Virus record (IMG/VR): IMGVR_UViG_3300028833_003520
Direction: 5' to 3' (one strand)
Origin: a virus
Lineage: Duplodnaviria; Caudoviricetes
DNA length: 64,000 nt
Both the position numbers and the translations under genes were made by a program. Below are positions 20,528 through 29,733 of this stretch, piece by piece. The notes under the pieces were generated by a model. It searched no databases. It saw nothing but the letters and a program-made list of their open reading frames with translations, and was not told the DNA's origin. Numbering within the stretch: the stretch's first letter is position 1; the number at the start of each line of letters is the position of its first letter.

Positions 20528-21180
20528 AAGGGGCGTTTACAGTGAAGAGTCTTGACAAAGTTTTTTATCGAAACAAAACAAAAAGAACACCAAATACTAT
20601 GCTTGATAGGTTCTTTTGGCTTAATCCAAATCTGTCAGGTGAAAAGGCTTGGGGTGATAGTTCAAATGTCACCTACGAGAATATCTATAAGATAGCGACT
20701 TTTGTAAACGATTTTCACGGGCAGGCTTGGGGAACATCACTTCATAGAAGTGTATTCAAGATTGCAGGGTATAGGTGTCTTTGCCAAATCGAAACACCAT
20801 ATCTTTTGACGTGGAAAGAGTCCTTAAATATACATAAACCCGAAGATGTAGAAATGCGTATTCGGTTTATTTTTAATGATGACCATTATGCAAGTCTGCT
20901 TGATTTTGGTCGTAGTTATTTGATTGCTCATATAGGTGAACTGCCACAGGAAACGGAAGCCTTGCGAGAGTTTCTTGACGAGCGTATTGCAGAATGTGCT
21001 CGTCAGTTCTGTAAAGAACTTCTGTGGATTCTCGGTAATATTACCGAGGAGAAGACTGGATATCGTTCACCTGAAGAGTTAGACGAAATCAAATGCAGCG
21101 AAGAGTCGATTACAGAAGAATATGTTCGCTTATTTGGTCAGAGAGTTAAGGACGATGGGAGAGTAACAGACGATGCCTGA
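20524..21180 (+). CDS. Hypothetical protein
   Basis: 218 aa coupled ORF; start uncertain. Confidence 0.55.
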   Translation: MKGAFTVKSLDKVFYRNKTKRTPNTMLDRFFWLNPNLSGEKAWGDSSNVTYENIYKIATFVNDFHGQAWGTSLHRSVFKIAGYRCLCQIETPYLLTWKESLNIHKPEDVEMRIRFIFNDDHYASLLDFGRSYLIAHIGELPQETEALREFLDERIAECARQFCKELLWILGNITEEKTGYRSPEELDEIKCSEESITEEYVRLFGQRVKDDGRVTDDA

Positions 21181-22054
21181 TTATACATATGAGATATGGG
21201 GTGGTAAAAAGATTTATGCGAGGAGCCATAGTCTTGAAATAATTACTGAAAGGTTGCAGGAATTATGGAACACTCCTGTTGGAAGTAGGCAAGAAGCCTT
21301 TACAATAAAGCGAGTGGAAAAACAACACCCACATATGCCAGGGCATTCTTTAGAGAAAAATAGTTTAGCCAAGAGGTTTCCGAAGGTTGCTAAACTGTGG
21401 CATCCAACAAAGAACGATTGCCTAACACCGTCTGATGTTTTTCCTTATAGTAAAACAAAGGTATGGTGGCAATGTAAAAAAGGACACGAGTATTTTATGG
21501 CTATCGACAGTATGGTAAGTGGTGCGAAATGTCCTTGCTGTACTCTTAGGCAAGCGGTGCCAGGAGAGACTGATTTGGCTACAACGCATCCTGATGTTGC
21601 CAAACTATGGCATCCAACAAAGAATGGCGATTTAACACCATTACTTGTGACCGAGAGGTCTGCAGAGAAAGTTTGGTGGCAGTGTGAAAAAGGTCACGAA
21701 TGGGAAGAGCGTATAAATGTTCGTGTTTCAAGAAAGTCCAGTTGCCCTTATTGTAGCGGTACGAGGCTTATAAAGGGCGAGAATGATATTGAAACGCTTT
21801 ATCCCGAAATCGCAAAAGAATGGAAAGATACGAGGCTGAACGGTGGTCTGAAACCCTCAGAATGCACGGAACGTACATTTAAGAATGTATGGTGGCAGTG
21901 CAGCAAGTGTGGAACAACTTATCAGGCTTCGGTCTTTAGACGAGTGAAGGGGTGGCAGAAGTGTCCGACTTGTTATCCTAATGAAGATAATATAATTTCT
22001 CCGAAACGAGCGTATGATGGTTATACGACAATAAGGAGAAAATCAAATAAATAG
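21173..22054 (+). CDS. Repeated zinc-ribbon domain protein (DUF4379-like)
   Basis: Three repeats of WHPTKN..LTP....S..KVWWQC..GH...CPxC. Confidence 0.8.
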   Translation: MPDYTYEIWGGKKIYARSHSLEIITERLQELWNTPVGSRQEAFTIKRVEKQHPHMPGHSLEKNSLAKRFPKVAKLWHPTKNDCLTPSDVFPYSKTKVWWQCKKGHEYFMAIDSMVSGAKCPCCTLRQAVPGETDLATTHPDVAKLWHPTKNGDLTPLLVTERSAEKVWWQCEKGHEWEERINVRVSRKSSCPYCSGTRLIKGENDIETLYPEIAKEWKDTRLNGGLKPSECTERTFKNVWWQCSKCGTTYQASVFRRVKGWQKCPTCYPNEDNIISPKRAYDGYTTIRRKSNK

Positions 22055-22068
22055 TTAAAAAGTTAAAT

Positions 22069-22106
22069 GAAAACCTCAAATGTTAAAATTTGGGGTTTTT
22101 CTTTTT
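22069..22106 (+). terminator. Rho-independent terminator
   Basis: AAAACCTCAAAT...ATTTGGGGTTTT plus T run. Confidence 0.6.
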
Positions 22107-22113
22107 GATTTAA

Positions 22114-22142
22114 TTGACAATCTCCATATATGGTGTTATAGT
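22114..22142 (+). promoter_or_regulatory. Class A promoter
   Basis: TTGACA-atctCCATATATGGtgt-TATAGT. Confidence 0.8.
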
Positions 22143-22182
22143 GTTTTTAGATTGCAAAACTATGCATAGAAGGAGATTTGCT

Positions 22183-23127
22183 ATGTTAATTGGTCCTGAT
22201 TTCAAATCGTCTAATACGCCTGACGCAATAGTGCGTTGGTACGATAAAGCCGATGTATTTCGTGTAAATAAAGAGGGCGATATTCTTCAGGTTGATTCTG
22301 ATGCGAATGCAAAGCAGCCTGGTTATTTTATACGTATGTGCATATCTGATATGACAGAGAATAGTGAGCGTTCTTATTTAAGATTTGGATTGTTTCATAC
22401 GGATGCTCCTGATGAGCCTTTGTTTATGGGTGCTCCGTTGACAGGATTGCCTGCTAATGCAATGAAGGAATTGTTAGTGACGGAAGGCAAAATCAACGAC
22501 AACGGTAAACAGTTTCTTAAGTATTTCAAGGCAGACTGTGATAACAATCAATCTGTTATTAAGGGACAGTATAAGACTGCAAAAGCCTATCACGATTTTG
22601 TTACTAAGCGTGAAGGCGAGGGTGTTTATGATTATGGTTGTTATGATATGTCAGATGAACTCGGACAGTTTTCAGACGTAGTTGAGAAGAATAAACATAA
22701 ACATCCATTTGAGTATGGATTTATCAATCTTTCAGATAAGGAAGCAGACCAATTAGGTATTCCTCATAATGAAGTATCATCTGCAGAACTTCTTTATGAG
22801 ATACCATACAATAGGAAAGATAGGGTTCGTTTGTTTGCGTCTATGAAGGCTCCTTTAGAGGGAGAGTATGAGAGAGATAGACAGTTTGTTCCTGTATCTG
22901 AATTAGGCAAGGATAAAGAGTTATTAGCGTGGCAGATGGCAGTGGATTATTATCAGATTTATTGTTCAAAGATGTCTCATCGAGTTTGTAATACATCTAA
23001 TTTTAGCCTTATGCCTGATTCTGTAAAGAATGAAATTCAAGAGCAAGAACACGCTGAATCAAAAGAAAGACGGTTGCCAAATGTTCCTGAATCACAGGAA
23101 GATAATCAAACACAGTTAGGAGAATAA
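22183..23127 (+). CDS. Hypothetical protein with RRLP tail; shares a domain with 23989-25263
   Basis: ATG 22183 after AGGAG; ends ERRLPNVPESQEDNQTQLGE. Confidence 0.7.
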   Translation: MLIGPDFKSSNTPDAIVRWYDKADVFRVNKEGDILQVDSDANAKQPGYFIRMCISDMTENSERSYLRFGLFHTDAPDEPLFMGAPLTGLPANAMKELLVTEGKINDNGKQFLKYFKADCDNNQSVIKGQYKTAKAYHDFVTKREGEGVYDYGCYDMSDELGQFSDVVEKNKHKHPFEYGFINLSDKEADQLGIPHNEVSSAELLYEIPYNRKDRVRLFASMKAPLEGEYERDRQFVPVSELGKDKELLAWQMAVDYYQIYCSKMSHRVCNTSNFSLMPDSVKNEIQEQEHAESKERRLPNVPESQEDNQTQLGE

Positions 23128-23129
23128 AA

Positions 23130-23231
23130 ATGATTATTGTTTTTGAAGAATTACAAGTTAGTTCAAGTGATGGTGATTATGTTCCCACTGATGAGGAATT
23201 AGCAGAGTTATATAATGATGTAGGAGAATAG
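23130..23231 (+). CDS. Small acidic peptide (33 aa, not in the ORF track)
   Basis: SD AGGAG; MIIVFEELQVSSSDGDYVPTDEELAELYNDVGE fills the gap between operon genes. Confidence 0.45.
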   Translation: MIIVFEELQVSSSDGDYVPTDEELAELYNDVGE

Positions 23232-23235
23232 TATT

Positions 23236-23985
23236 ATGGGTATTGGAACACCTTATGGTTACAATGGTGAGATAAAACGGCTTTATGATAAAGACGATAA
23301 GACTCCATCATATATAACACCAACTTTTATGCAGAATAAAACATTGGGTGATATTCAGACGTTTGTTCAAGATGATACAAGTAATATAAGGAGTGATAAG
23401 ACAATGGCTAATAACAAGAAGAAAGCACTGAAGAAGCAGACAGTTATCGTTGATAAGAACGATAAGAAGACAATCGAGATACTTAAAGAACAAAATATCA
23501 ATGTGGTCGAAGCATCACATTCGGATTTTGTTAGAATGAAGAAAGAGGCTCAGATGTCGCCTTTGAAGAAGGCAGGCGAGGTAGCGAAAACGGTTCTTGA
23601 ACCGAAGCCTATTTCGGCTAAATCCATTTCGGTTGCTTCAACGCAAGATAAGCCTGCACAGTTCAAGACGGGTAATGCTGTTATTGATACGATACTTGAT
23701 AAAGACGCAGGCGTTAGCAAGGATGGTCCTACACCGTCTCTTCAGATTGGTGTCGTTAAGAAGGATGGTGCTACACCTTCTGTTGCAGAGCAACTGAAGG
23801 ATAGAGTTCCTATGCTTCACGGTCGTGAGAGAGTGAAGTCTCCTACGGAGAGAATGATTGTTCCTGCTGGGCAGTATGCTGGACCTGATGGTGATTTCGA
23901 TGGTACAACTGTGGATGTTAAGAAGCGTAAGTTACCGAATGTGCCGACGGCAAATGATGGTACACAGCAGCAGTTAGGAGAATAA
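23236..23985 (+). CDS. Hypothetical protein with an RNAP-like DGDFDG segment and KRKLP tail
   Basis: RVPMLH...DGDFDGT; ends KRKLPNVPTANDGTQQQLGE. Confidence 0.7.
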   Translation: MGIGTPYGYNGEIKRLYDKDDKTPSYITPTFMQNKTLGDIQTFVQDDTSNIRSDKTMANNKKKALKKQTVIVDKNDKKTIEILKEQNINVVEASHSDFVRMKKEAQMSPLKKAGEVAKTVLEPKPISAKSISVASTQDKPAQFKTGNAVIDTILDKDAGVSKDGPTPSLQIGVVKKDGATPSVAEQLKDRVPMLHGRERVKSPTERMIVPAGQYAGPDGDFDGTTVDVKKRKLPNVPTANDGTQQQLGE

Positions 23986-23988
23986 TCT

Positions 23989-25263
23989 ATGGCTATTCAG
24001 AAGTACAATGGAGAGTTAGGTAAATTTGAGTATGATGATACTCAATTTGAAATATGCAATGGTGTAGTTAATGGAGACATTTATCTACATTACATCGGTA
24101 AGGAAACGGATGGCTCGAAGATTACAATTCCTTATGGCATCGAAGATGCTAATAAAATGTTTAAGGACACGGCTATCAAGACTGCTCCAACAATCCCCGA
24201 TAGCGTTAAGGTATGTAATGAAATGTTTTGCGGTTGCAATAAGTTGGTAGAGGCATCAGAAATACCGACAAATGTACGGTCTTGTTACCATATGTTTTAT
24301 GGTTGCAAATCGTTAAAAGAGCCGCCTTATATTCACGATGGACCTGAAGACTGTCGTGGAATGTTTCAGAACTGTAGCCATCTTGAAGTTGGTGCAGAAT
24401 TACCAAATACTGCAACAAAAGTTTCAATGGTTTTTTGCGGTTGTGGTTCTATGAAGAGTGCTCCTGATATGCCAAACATTATGCGTATCAAGTCTATGGA
24501 TAGTGCGTTTATGGGATGTAAATCTTTGGAAAGAGCATTTATCCCTGATGGTGTGGAAGATTGTAGTTTTATGTTTAACGGATGTACTTCTCTTAAAGAA
24601 GCACCTGCAGTACCATCGTCTGTTATTAAGACAAGTTATATGTTTGACAGATGTACTGATGAGATACAGGGTCAAGGCAAGTGGAATATTGAACATAGAA
24701 ATAGACGTGCTTCTCAGGATGAGCCGAAGGCTTTGAGAGATGCAAGGCAGGCTATGATTATGAAAAAGCAGCAGGATAAAATGCAGAGATATGTTTATGC
24801 AGAAGGTAAGACCTGTAACGGTCACGACTTGGCATTTGCTTTCGATATGTATCACGATAATGTTGTACGTTTTAGAAAGGGTAGGTTATTTCAAGAGAGA
24901 AGAGATATGAACGATAAGGGTAATTACTTTGCTCGTATAATGCAGGTCACTAACGGTGACCCGTATGCAAGAGATTCTCTTATCGTAATGTTCCACGATG
25001 ATATGCCTTCAACGCCACTTTATGCAGAGCATTTTGGCTTGTGCGATGGTACTCTTAAAAAGCATCTGTACGACCAGAATGGTTCGTTCACGAATCTTGG
25101 CAATGATATGATGCTTGATTTCTTAAATGGTGATTTTAAGAAGAATGTACCAGAGGTGGTCAAGTATAAGGATAAGTTGATGAAGAATCCGAAACTCAAC
25201 GAGCGTAGATTACCTGATTATCCTAAGGAGAATGAAGGTAATGATAAACAGTATGGAGAGTGA
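23989..25263 (+). CDS. BspA/DUF285-like LRR protein with an extra C-terminal domain and RRLP tail
   Basis: MFxGCxxL repeats; ends ERRLPDYPKENEGNDKQYGE. Confidence 0.8.
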   Translation: MAIQKYNGELGKFEYDDTQFEICNGVVNGDIYLHYIGKETDGSKITIPYGIEDANKMFKDTAIKTAPTIPDSVKVCNEMFCGCNKLVEASEIPTNVRSCYHMFYGCKSLKEPPYIHDGPEDCRGMFQNCSHLEVGAELPNTATKVSMVFCGCGSMKSAPDMPNIMRIKSMDSAFMGCKSLERAFIPDGVEDCSFMFNGCTSLKEAPAVPSSVIKTSYMFDRCTDEIQGQGKWNIEHRNRRASQDEPKALRDARQAMIMKKQQDKMQRYVYAEGKTCNGHDLAFAFDMYHDNVVRFRKGRLFQERRDMNDKGNYFARIMQVTNGDPYARDSLIVMFHDDMPSTPLYAEHFGLCDGTLKKHLYDQNGSFTNLGNDMMLDFLNGDFKKNVPEVVKYKDKLMKNPKLNERRLPDYPKENEGNDKQYGE

Positions 25264-25961
25264 CAATCCAAATGATTAAATGGCGAAGACAAGAAGTTGA
25301 TTGCCACGAGCAACGAAGTAATTCGGTCACAACAACTATTTATAAGTTTCACTTAGGTTCAACGGCTGCTAAAGCCGTTGGTGCTTATTGTGACGAAGAA
25401 AATCATCAGTATGGTGATTTGACTTATATTACTTCGAATAGTCCTGAGATACAGTCCAACATATTCGTAGATATGTCTGTAAACGATATTCTGGATAATT
25501 TTAGCGATAATGAGAAAATGATAGATACTATCATTTACGACCAGAATAACGATTACTGTATTAGTAAGGAAACGAAGACAGGCGATAGAATGATAAAAGT
25601 GCCGTTTTCTTATTTACCTTCTGACCAATGTTATTTGGCTCATAATATCGTTTTAGCAAATATGCGTGTTTGCTTTGGCGATAGTTTTAAGTTAGATGAT
25701 AGAGTACATAACATTGCAGTTGAAAGAAGCAGTGACAAGGATTGTAGTAAAATGAATATCTCTACAAACGGTTACTGTTGGATTTCAGGTTCTCCCAGTG
25801 ATGGTAATAATTATCATAGGTATGTTGACGCATATCGTGATAACGATGAAGGAAGACATAACCTACGAGACTTTTATGATAATACACCGTCAAAGTTTAG
25901 GCGTATGCCAAGTGTTCCGATAGATAACTCGAATGTATTCCAGGCACAGGTTGGTGGTTGA
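25260..25961 (+). CDS. Hypothetical protein with RRMP tail
   Basis: Ends FRRMPSVPIDNSNVFQAQVGG; start may be ATG near 25272. Confidence 0.65.
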   Translation: MTIQMIKWRRQEVDCHEQRSNSVTTTIYKFHLGSTAAKAVGAYCDEENHQYGDLTYITSNSPEIQSNIFVDMSVNDILDNFSDNEKMIDTIIYDQNNDYCISKETKTGDRMIKVPFSYLPSDQCYLAHNIVLANMRVCFGDSFKLDDRVHNIAVERSSDKDCSKMNISTNGYCWISGSPSDGNNYHRYVDAYRDNDEGRHNLRDFYDNTPSKFRRMPSVPIDNSNVFQAQVGG

Positions 25962-25962
25962 T

Positions 25963-26589
25963 ATGGCTATTAAACAGTATGATGGTCAGTTAGGTAAGTT
26001 TGAGTACGATGATACAGAGTTTAAGCATCTTATTTTCAGAGACGGACGTAAGGAGTGCCTGATGTATATCGGCAATGAGTCAGACGGCTCGAAAATTAAA
26101 ATACCACAAGGAATCAAGGATTGTTCCTTTATGTTTGATAGGTGTGAATCGTTAGAGACACCACCTGTGATTCCTGAAGGTGTAGAAGATTGCAGTGTTA
26201 TGTTTTCTGATTGCAGAAACTTAGAAGTTCCACCGATTATACCTTCATCAGTAAAGAAATGCGATGCAATGTTTTACTATGCAAGGTGTATGCGTGAATC
26301 ACCTGTAATTCCTGAAGGTGTAGAAGATTGTACCTTGATGTTTCAGGGTTGTTATAATATGCGTTCGGCTCCCGTAATACCTCATAGCGTTAAGGACACG
26401 ACTTGTATGTTTTGCGTATGCTCACGTAAGGTAAGCGAAGCAGGGGAGTGGAATATTGAGCACAGAGGTCAGTCTTATGAGAGCGTTCAGAAACGCCATA
26501 GGGATGCCGAAAACAAACTCAAAGAGTTTGAGGAAAAAGAAGAATCAAGCACGAAATCTCGCCGAGGTTTTCATCTCCCATTCTTTTGA
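25963..26589 (+). CDS. BspA/DUF285-like LRR protein
   Basis: PVIPEGVEDCxxMF repeats; N-terminus shared with the other two LRR paralogues. Confidence 0.8.
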   Translation: MAIKQYDGQLGKFEYDDTEFKHLIFRDGRKECLMYIGNESDGSKIKIPQGIKDCSFMFDRCESLETPPVIPEGVEDCSVMFSDCRNLEVPPIIPSSVKKCDAMFYYARCMRESPVIPEGVEDCTLMFQGCYNMRSAPVIPHSVKDTTCMFCVCSRKVSEAGEWNIEHRGQSYESVQKRHRDAENKLKEFEEKEESSTKSRRGFHLPFF

Positions 26590-26592
26590 GAA

Positions 26593-26621
26593 TTGACTTT
26601 CTCCATATATGGAGTTAGAAT
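26593..26621 (+). promoter_or_regulatory. Class A promoter
   Basis: TTGACT-ttctCCATATATGGagt-TAGAAT. Confidence 0.8.
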
Positions 26622-26657
26622 AACTTTAGATATTGATAGAAAGGAAAGTAGTGGGTT

Positions 26658-28163
26658 ATGGCAGATATAGATGAAAAGAATTATCAACAGCATCATTATG
26701 ATGATTATGCCAAGTTAAATGGGTTCTACAATGATGAGGAGTACAATAATTCTTACATTAACGGACTTTCTACGAAGTATGTTAAGGATTATAAGAATTA
26801 TAAATCAGCCCTTATTTCAGTTCCTACTGAAGTATCGTCTAATGGTAGAGCCTTAATTACATTCAAGAATTATAATGAGGCGGTCAAAGGCAAAGGTTAT
26901 GTCAATCTGAGGTTCCCTCAGAATTACGAGATTAAGACCATCTGTAAGGATGCCGATAATAAAGATGTCATTTATCATATGACGGCAGACCAGTTGAACG
27001 AGTGTCGTTCGGCTGCGAAGAATAAGACAGATGAAGTCTTAAAGTCAGTTACGTTTGACTTTGCTGATGAGAGCAAGATTAAGTGTCGATTTGATTTTGA
27101 TGATTATAGTCGTCAGTATGACCTTAAAGACCTTAATAGTGCTCTTGAGTATCTGCAGATTAGAAATTCTGCAAAGAATCTTATCACTGACGATACGATG
27201 ATTTACGCAAGAGTTAATAAAGCGTATTGCACGAAGGATTTCCAAGACAAGATGTCCTACTACTCTGGCGACAATTATTGCTTCGAATTAGGTATGCTTA
27301 AAGACACATACAATAAGGGATGTGGCTTGAATGTCAACATTCCTTTTGATGAGAAGTATAATCATTTCAATAGCGTATTAGGAACTGCGACAGACTCGCT
27401 TACATTGTCCCTGACAAATCATTATGAGAGGAGTTTACCTCGTGATGATAAGGAAGGAGATTGGACTATTACAGAGTCTCACAGCGACGTAGCCGCAGCA
27501 TACAGAATACCGTCGGTGCTGGCAACGGCTGGTGTGGGTATGCGTTTTGAAACTCGTGAAGATGCAGATATGCAGGCACGGTCTTCAATGAGTGATTTAG
27601 TGTTAGCGATGAACGATAAGGAAAAGGTAGAGCCTACCGAAACAAGTAGGTACGGAAAGATGCCTATCGAGTATTTCCTTGTTCATATCTCTGATAGAGA
27701 TAGTTATGTCTTATGTGCAGGTCCGAAGGGTGCTTCTGAAGGACTTGACGGAAGACGTTTACCGAGTGTAGGCGGAGTACCTATGTACGAAGGATTCGTT
27801 GGTATGACGAAGCGTCATTTCGGAGGTTTTGGATTAGGCGACACAGTATGTATCGCAAAGGAGAACAAAAACGGAGAAACGGCATTGGAGCCTATTGACG
27901 CAGTACCTTTGGTACAGCAGTCAGTTGTCAAAGATGAAGGTAAGTTCTTGGAATTAGAGCATTCACTTTTACAGAAATTACCGTTAGAAGTCAGACAAGC
28001 AGAGGTTGAGAATAAAAAGAAGAATGCTCCAGATACTAAACCTTGGATAAGGGAATTAAGTGTAGGAGTAGATTCTGATGTTAAATCACCAAAGCCAAAG
28101 AAGAGGCGACTGCCTGATAGAACGTATGAACCTGGTGTTGAAACACCTGAACTTGAGTTGTAA
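26658..28163 (+). CDS. Hypothetical protein with RRLP tail
   Basis: SD GAAAGGA; ends KRRLPDRTYEPGVETPELEL; internal GRRLPSV. Confidence 0.7.
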   Translation: MADIDEKNYQQHHYDDYAKLNGFYNDEEYNNSYINGLSTKYVKDYKNYKSALISVPTEVSSNGRALITFKNYNEAVKGKGYVNLRFPQNYEIKTICKDADNKDVIYHMTADQLNECRSAAKNKTDEVLKSVTFDFADESKIKCRFDFDDYSRQYDLKDLNSALEYLQIRNSAKNLITDDTMIYARVNKAYCTKDFQDKMSYYSGDNYCFELGMLKDTYNKGCGLNVNIPFDEKYNHFNSVLGTATDSLTLSLTNHYERSLPRDDKEGDWTITESHSDVAAAYRIPSVLATAGVGMRFETREDADMQARSSMSDLVLAMNDKEKVEPTETSRYGKMPIEYFLVHISDRDSYVLCAGPKGASEGLDGRRLPSVGGVPMYEGFVGMTKRHFGGFGLGDTVCIAKENKNGETALEPIDAVPLVQQSVVKDEGKFLELEHSLLQKLPLEVRQAEVENKKKNAPDTKPWIRELSVGVDSDVKSPKPKKRRLPDRTYEPGVETPELEL

Positions 28164-28189
28164 TCGACATCTGAAATGAAAACATTATT

Positions 28190-28228
28190 ATCCGAGTCAC
28201 GGCGTATTTGTGGCTCGGATTTCTTTTA
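28190..28228 (+). terminator. Rho-independent terminator
   Basis: ATCCGAGTCAC...GTGGCTCGGAT plus T run. Confidence 0.65.
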
Positions 28229-28268
28229 TGCTGTTTTCAGTAAAAGATGAGAGATTAAGGGTTTTTCG

Positions 28269-28297
28269 TTGATATATGAGTGAATTTATAGTAAAAT
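28269..28297 (+). promoter_or_regulatory. Class B promoter
   Basis: TTGATA-TATGAG-N11-TAAAAT. Confidence 0.65.
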
Positions 28298-28333
28298 AAT
28301 ACGAAAGTATTCTATAAAGAAAGGCATATATCA

Positions 28334-28906
28334 ATGGCAAATTTATTAAGTTTCACACGCCCAATTAGCGAGATAACTAATATAACAGATTTCAGGTGGT
28401 TGATGTCGGGAAACTGTATAATGTTCGGTAATGGTAGGTTCGACGGATTCTGTGCTTGGTACGGTAGATTTGATGGTATGCAAGGTGATACAGAGATTAT
28501 GTGCTGTGCTCCGCAGGATATGTATTATTTTAATATCGTAGAGTATCTTGGAAGAACTGTTGGCTATCAGAAGGTCTATGAAGATATTAAGCATTTCTAT
28601 GAGCATACAAATAATAAAGTGAATGACAAGGTGGTTGATACGATTCGAAAAATTGCGGCTGAATACGGTCGTAATATGGATTTTGCGTATAATGCATTTA
28701 TGCAGATTTATTACGGTATGATAGCCGAAGAGAATAAGGAAAACCGCATACTTGGTAAAGCAATCAAACTCAATGGTTTGCATAGAGTTTTGATTGAGAA
28801 AGTTCCAATAGAGATAGCGGTAAAGGAATGTTGCGGTCAGCCTTATACCGAAATACAGAAACAATGTCAGGCTAATGGTATTAGACGGTTTGTTTCGTAT
28901 GAGTAA
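28334..28906 (+). CDS. Hypothetical protein
   Basis: 190 aa ORF with SD. Confidence 0.65.
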   Translation: MANLLSFTRPISEITNITDFRWLMSGNCIMFGNGRFDGFCAWYGRFDGMQGDTEIMCCAPQDMYYFNIVEYLGRTVGYQKVYEDIKHFYEHTNNKVNDKVVDTIRKIAAEYGRNMDFAYNAFMQIYYGMIAEENKENRILGKAIKLNGLHRVLIEKVPIEIAVKECCGQPYTEIQKQCQANGIRRFVSYE

Positions 28907-28927
28907 AAGGAAGGAGTGTCGTAAATT

Positions 28928-29731
28928 ATGAATATGACAGAGTTTAAGGCAGTGCAGAATATGACATATCTTGAATATTGTGATTATCTGCAAGGCAAAT
29001 ATGGTATAGGTTTGGCTGATTATATGACAAAATCATATAATCCTAATCCGAAGTGTAAGAGGACGAAAGAGGGTCTTATTGCTCATCATAAGATGGAAGA
29101 TAGGGCAATTATGATAGCCGACAAGAATCAGGCTCAATTGTACCCTTTTGAATATCAGAGAAAGGAGAATATTGTTTACTGCGATTATCTTGAGCATTTA
29201 TGGCTTCATATACTAATTTGTAATTATCCTGAAATTCCTATATATGAGTTATCAGAAGAAAAATGCAAGGCATTCGTAAATCAGGATGATTGGGATTCTT
29301 TGTCAAAAGAACAGCAAGCAGAACTACGAACCGAGTTAAGTCGTAAATTGACACTTGAGAGAACTACTATGATTGAACTTGGAGAAAAACCTAATTTAGT
29401 AGGTGTAGGTGGTGTAGTTAACTTTATTGTTCCTGAGTTAAATGATTTATATTCTGGATGGCAGACAAACCAAGAATGGCGTAAAAAATGTCACGACAAG
29501 ATTATACAAGATAAGGATGTGTATCTTCAGTTAATTAGAGAGTTCATTAGTACGGCGTTGGAATATCAAAAGTCTTACTTTGTTGAAGGAAAGAATAAGG
29601 CTTATGACGTACCTAATGTTTTGTTTACAAGTTATAACAATGAGTTCGGACTTTGGGACATAAGCCGCAATGAACCACTATTTAAGGAAATTCAGTCAAT
29701 ATTTGATGAAGTTAAAAAATTATACGACTGA
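28928..29731 (+). CDS. Divergent HNH-like protein
   Basis: IAHH...ENIVYCDYLEHLWLH pattern. Confidence 0.45.
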   Translation: MNMTEFKAVQNMTYLEYCDYLQGKYGIGLADYMTKSYNPNPKCKRTKEGLIAHHKMEDRAIMIADKNQAQLYPFEYQRKENIVYCDYLEHLWLHILICNYPEIPIYELSEEKCKAFVNQDDWDSLSKEQQAELRTELSRKLTLERTTMIELGEKPNLVGVGGVVNFIVPELNDLYSGWQTNQEWRKKCHDKIIQDKDVYLQLIREFISTALEYQKSYFVEGKNKAYDVPNVLFTSYNNEFGLWDISRNEPLFKEIQSIFDEVKKLYD

Positions 29732-29733
29732 AT

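Noticed and set aside
22114-22182. Track start codons at 22114, 13679, 58054, 39321, 31912 and 8089
   Set aside because: These extensions run through promoter boxes or upstream genes; downstream ATGs have proper SD sites.
23100-25961. Terminal GE/GG residues taken alone as a secretion signal
   Set aside because: They are encoded by GGAG/GGTGG, the SD of the coupled downstream gene; only the upstream RRLP part is independent evidence.
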